From Eledone cirrhosa (lineage: Eukaryota), in NCBI GenBank assembly GCA_964016885.1, contig OZ024740.1, forward strand, positions 85,560,001-85,624,000: a stretch of 64,000 nt of DNA. The letters are read 5' to 3'. The notes beneath the pieces are model-generated. The model searched no databases and was not told the DNA's origin. It saw only the letters and a program-made list of their open reading frames with translations. This document shows positions 60,401-64,000 of the stretch, one piece after another. A program made the translations under genes and the position numbers. The first letter of the stretch is position 1, and every line of letters starts with the position of its first letter.

Positions 60401-63400
60401 TGGTATTGATGGTGACGATGGTTGTGGTAGTGGTATTGATGGTGACGATGGTTATGGTAGTGGTATTGATGGTGATGATGGTTGTGGTATTGGTATTGAT
60501 GATGACGACGGTTGTGGTAGTGGTATTGATGGTGATGACGGTTGTGGTAGTGGTATTGATGGTGATGATGGTTGTGGTAGTGGTATTGATGGTGATGATG
60601 GTTGTGGTAGTGGTATTGATGGTGATGATTGTTGTGGTATTGATGGTGATGATGGTTGTGGTAGTGGTATTGATGGTGATGATGGTAGTGGTATTGATGG
60701 TGATGATGGTTGTGGTAGTGGTATTGATGGTGATGATGGTAGTGGTATTGATGGTGATGATGGTTGTGGTAGTGGTATTGATGGTATTGATGGTAGTGGT
60801 AGTGGTATTGATGGTGATGATGGTTGTGGTATTGGTATTGATGGTGATGATGGTTGTGGTATTGGTATTGATGGTGATGAGGGTTGTGGTAGTGGTATTG
60901 ATGGTGATGATGGTTGTGGTAGTGGTATTGATGGTGATGATGGTTGTGGTAGTGGTATTGATGGTGATGATGGTTGTGGTCGTGGTATTGATGGTGATGA
61001 CGGTTGTGGTAGTGGTATTGATGGTGAGGACGGTTGTGGTAGTGGTATTGATGGTGATGATGGTTGTGGTAGTGGTATTGATGGTGATGATGGTAGTGGT
61101 ATTGATGGTGATGATGGTTGTGGTAGTGGTATTGATGGTGATGACGATTGTGGTATTGATGTTGATGATGGTTGTGGTAGTGGTATTGATGGTGATGATG
61201 GTTGTGGTATTGATGGTGATGATGGTTGTGGTAGTGGTATTGATGGTGATGACGGTAGTGGTAGTGATGGTGACGATGGTTGTGGTAGTGGTATTGATGG
61301 TGACGATGGTTATGGTAGTGGTATTGATGGTGAGGACGGTTGTGGTATTGGTATTGATGGTGACGACGGTTGTGGTAGTGGTATTGATGGTGATGATGGT
61401 TGTGGTAGTGGTATTGATGGTGACGACGGTTGTGGTAGTGGTATTGATGGTGATGATTGTTGTGGTATTGATGGTGATGATGATAGTGGTATTGATGGTG
61501 ATGACGGTAGTGGTAGTGGTATTGATGGTAATGATGGTTGTGGTAGTGGTATTGATGTTGATGACGGTTGTGGTAGTGGTATTGATGGTGAGGACGGTTG
61601 TGGTAGTGGTATTGATGGTGATGATGGTTGTGGTAGTGGTATTGATGGTGATGATGGTAGTGGTATTGATGGTGATGATGGTTGTGGTAGTGGTATTGAT
61701 GGTGATGATGGTAGTGGTATTGATGGTGATGATGGTTGTGGTAGTGGTATTGATGGTGATGATGGTTGTGGTAGTGGTATTGATGGTGATGATCGTTGTG
61801 GTAGTGGTATTGATGGTGATGACGGTTGTGGTAGTGGTATTGATGGTGATGATGGTTGTGGTAGTGGTATTGATGGTGATGATGGTTGTGATATTGGTAT
61901 TGATGGTGATGATGGTTGTGGTAGTGGTATTGATGGTGATGATGATTGTGGTAGTGGTATTGATGGTGATGATGGTTGTGGTAGTGGTATTGATGGTGAT
62001 GATGGTAGTGGTATTGATGGTGATGATGGTTGTGGTAGTGTTATTGATGGTTGTGGTAGTTGTATTGATGGTGATGATAGTAGTGGTAGTGGTATTGATG
62101 GTGATGATGGGTGTGGTAGTGGTATTGATGGTGATGATGGTAGTGGTATTGATGGTGACGACGGTTGTGGTAGTGGTATTGATGGTGATGATGGTTCTGG
62201 TAGTGGTATTGATGGTGACGACGGTTGTGGTAGTTGTATTGATGGTGATGATGGTTGTGCTAGTGATATTGATGGTGATGATGGTTGTGGTAGTGGTATT
62301 GATGGTGATGACGGTTGTGGTAGTGGTATTGATGGTGACGACGGTTGTGGTAGTGGTATTGATGGTGACGACGGTTGTGGTATTGGTATTGATGGTGATG
62401 ATGGTTGTGGTATTGGTATTGATGGTGATGATGGTAGTGGTATTGATGGCGATGATGGTTGTGGTAGTGGTATTGATGTTGATGATGGTTGTGGTATTGA
62501 TGGTGATGATGGTAGTGGTAGTAGTATTGATGGTGACGATGTTTGTGGTAGTGGTATTGATGGTGATGACAGTTGTGGTAGTGGTATTGATGGTGATGAC
62601 GGTTGTGGTAGTGGTATTGATGGTGATGATGGTTGTGGTAGTGGTATTGATGGTGATGATGGTTGTGGTAGTGGTATTGATGGTGATGATGGTTGTGGTA
62701 GTGGTATTGATGGTGATGATGGTTGTGATATTGGTATTGATGGTGATGATGGTTGTGGTAGTGGTATTGATGGTGATGATGGTTGTGGTAGTGGTATTGA
62801 TGGTGATGATGGTTGTGGTAGTGGTATTGATGGTGATGATGGTTGTGGTAGTGGTATTGATGTTGATGATGGTTGTGGTAGTGGTATTGATGGTGATGAT
62901 GGTTGTGGTAGTGGTATTGATGGTGATGATGGTTGTGATATTGGTATTGATGGTGATGATGGTTGTGGTAGTGGTATTGATGGTGATGATGGTTGTGGTA
63001 GTGGTATTGATGGTGATGATGGTTGTGGTCGTGGTATTGATGGTGATGACGGTTGTGGTAGTGGTATTGATGGTGAGGACGGTTGTGGTAGTGGTATTGA
63101 TGGTGATGATGGTTGTGGTAGTGGTATTGATGGTAAAGATGGTTGTGGTAGTTGTATTGATGGTGATGATGGTTGTGGTCGTGGTATTGATGGTGATGAT
63201 GGTTGTGGTAGTGGTATTGATGGTGATGATGGTTGTGGTAGTGGTATTGATGGTGATGATGGGTGTGGTAGTGGTATTGATGGTGATGATGGGTGTGGTA
63301 GTGGTATTGATGGTGATGATGGGTGTGGTAGTGGTATTGATGGTGATGATGGTAGTGGTATTGATGGTGATGACGGTTGTGGTAGTGGTATTGATGGTGA

Positions 63401-64000
63401 CGACGGTTGTGGTAGTGGTATTGATGGTGACGACGGTTGTGGTATTGGTATTGATGGTGATGATGGTTGTGGTATTGTTATTGATGGTGATGATGGTAGT
63501 GGTATTGATGGCGATGATGGTTGTGGTAGTGGTATTGTTGTTGATGATTTTTGTGGTAGTGGTATCGATAGTGATGACGGTTGTGGTAGTGGTATTGATG
63601 GTGATGACGGTTGTGGTAGTGGTATTGATGGTGATGATGGTTGTGGTAGTGGTATTGATGGTGATGATGGCTGTGGTAGTGGTATTGATGGTGATGATGG
63701 TTGTGGTAGTGGTATTGATGGTGATGATGGTTGTGGTAGTGGTATTGATGGTGCTGATGGTTGTGGTAGTGGTATTGATGGTGATGATGGTTGTGGTAGT
63801 GGTATTGATGGTGATAATGGTTGTGGTAGTGGTATTGATGGTGATGATGGTTGTGGTAGTGGTATTGATGGTGATGATGGTTGTGATATTGGTATTGATG
63901 GTGATGATGGTTGTGGTAGTGGTATTGATGGTGATGATGGTTGTGGTAGTGGTATTGATGGTGATGATGGTTGTGGTAGTGGTATTGATGGTGATGATGG
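24481..64000. repeat. 30-bp tandem satellite GGTATTGATGGTGATGATGGTTGTGGTAGT, >39.5 kb, about 1,300 monomers, open at the window end
   Basis: Continuous single-orientation array. Common variants are GAT>GAC, TGT>AGT/GGT/TAT and 24-bp units with a 6-bp deletion. Diagnostic variants recur at kb spacing. Confidence 0.98.

Noticed and set aside
24481-64000. Telomeric repeat array
   Set aside because: G/T-rich, but with no TTAGGG- or TTAGG-type unit; the 30-bp monomer with higher-order structure fits a satellite.

Overview
Eukaryotic, entirely repeat-derived DNA with no host gene that I can support. The repeat families suggest a mollusc, probably octopus (inference). Positions 1-19.3 kb are long interrupted (TA)n tracts holding at least eight retroelement insertions: a 5'-truncated CR1-group LINE, two near full-length Penelope-like elements (PLEs, Naiad-type RT + GIY-YIG) with pseudo-LTRs (pLTRs), two further PLE pLTR remnants, a tRNA-derived CORE-type SINE (a second copy lies inside one pLTR remnant) and RTE-type LINE pieces. 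Six type-I hammerhead ribozyme motifs from four PLE families fold by eye. They share a pyrimidine mismatch at bp 4 of stem II, and one family has a 105-nt stem II. Positions 19.3-24.4 kb hold an RTE LINE with a PHD-type finger inside its RT, a 48-bp minisatellite grown from an RTE 3' UTR, a decayed R4/Dong-like LINE, a Nin-domain SINE and simple repeats. From about 24.5 kb to the window end is one 30-bp G/T-rich satellite (GGTATTGATGGTGATGATGGTTGTGGTAGT, about 1,300 units) with two families of 2.3-3.1 kb higher-order repeats. The long YI-, V/M- and GIDGDDGCGS-repeat ORFs in the track are repeat artefacts. All folds and alignments were done by eye.
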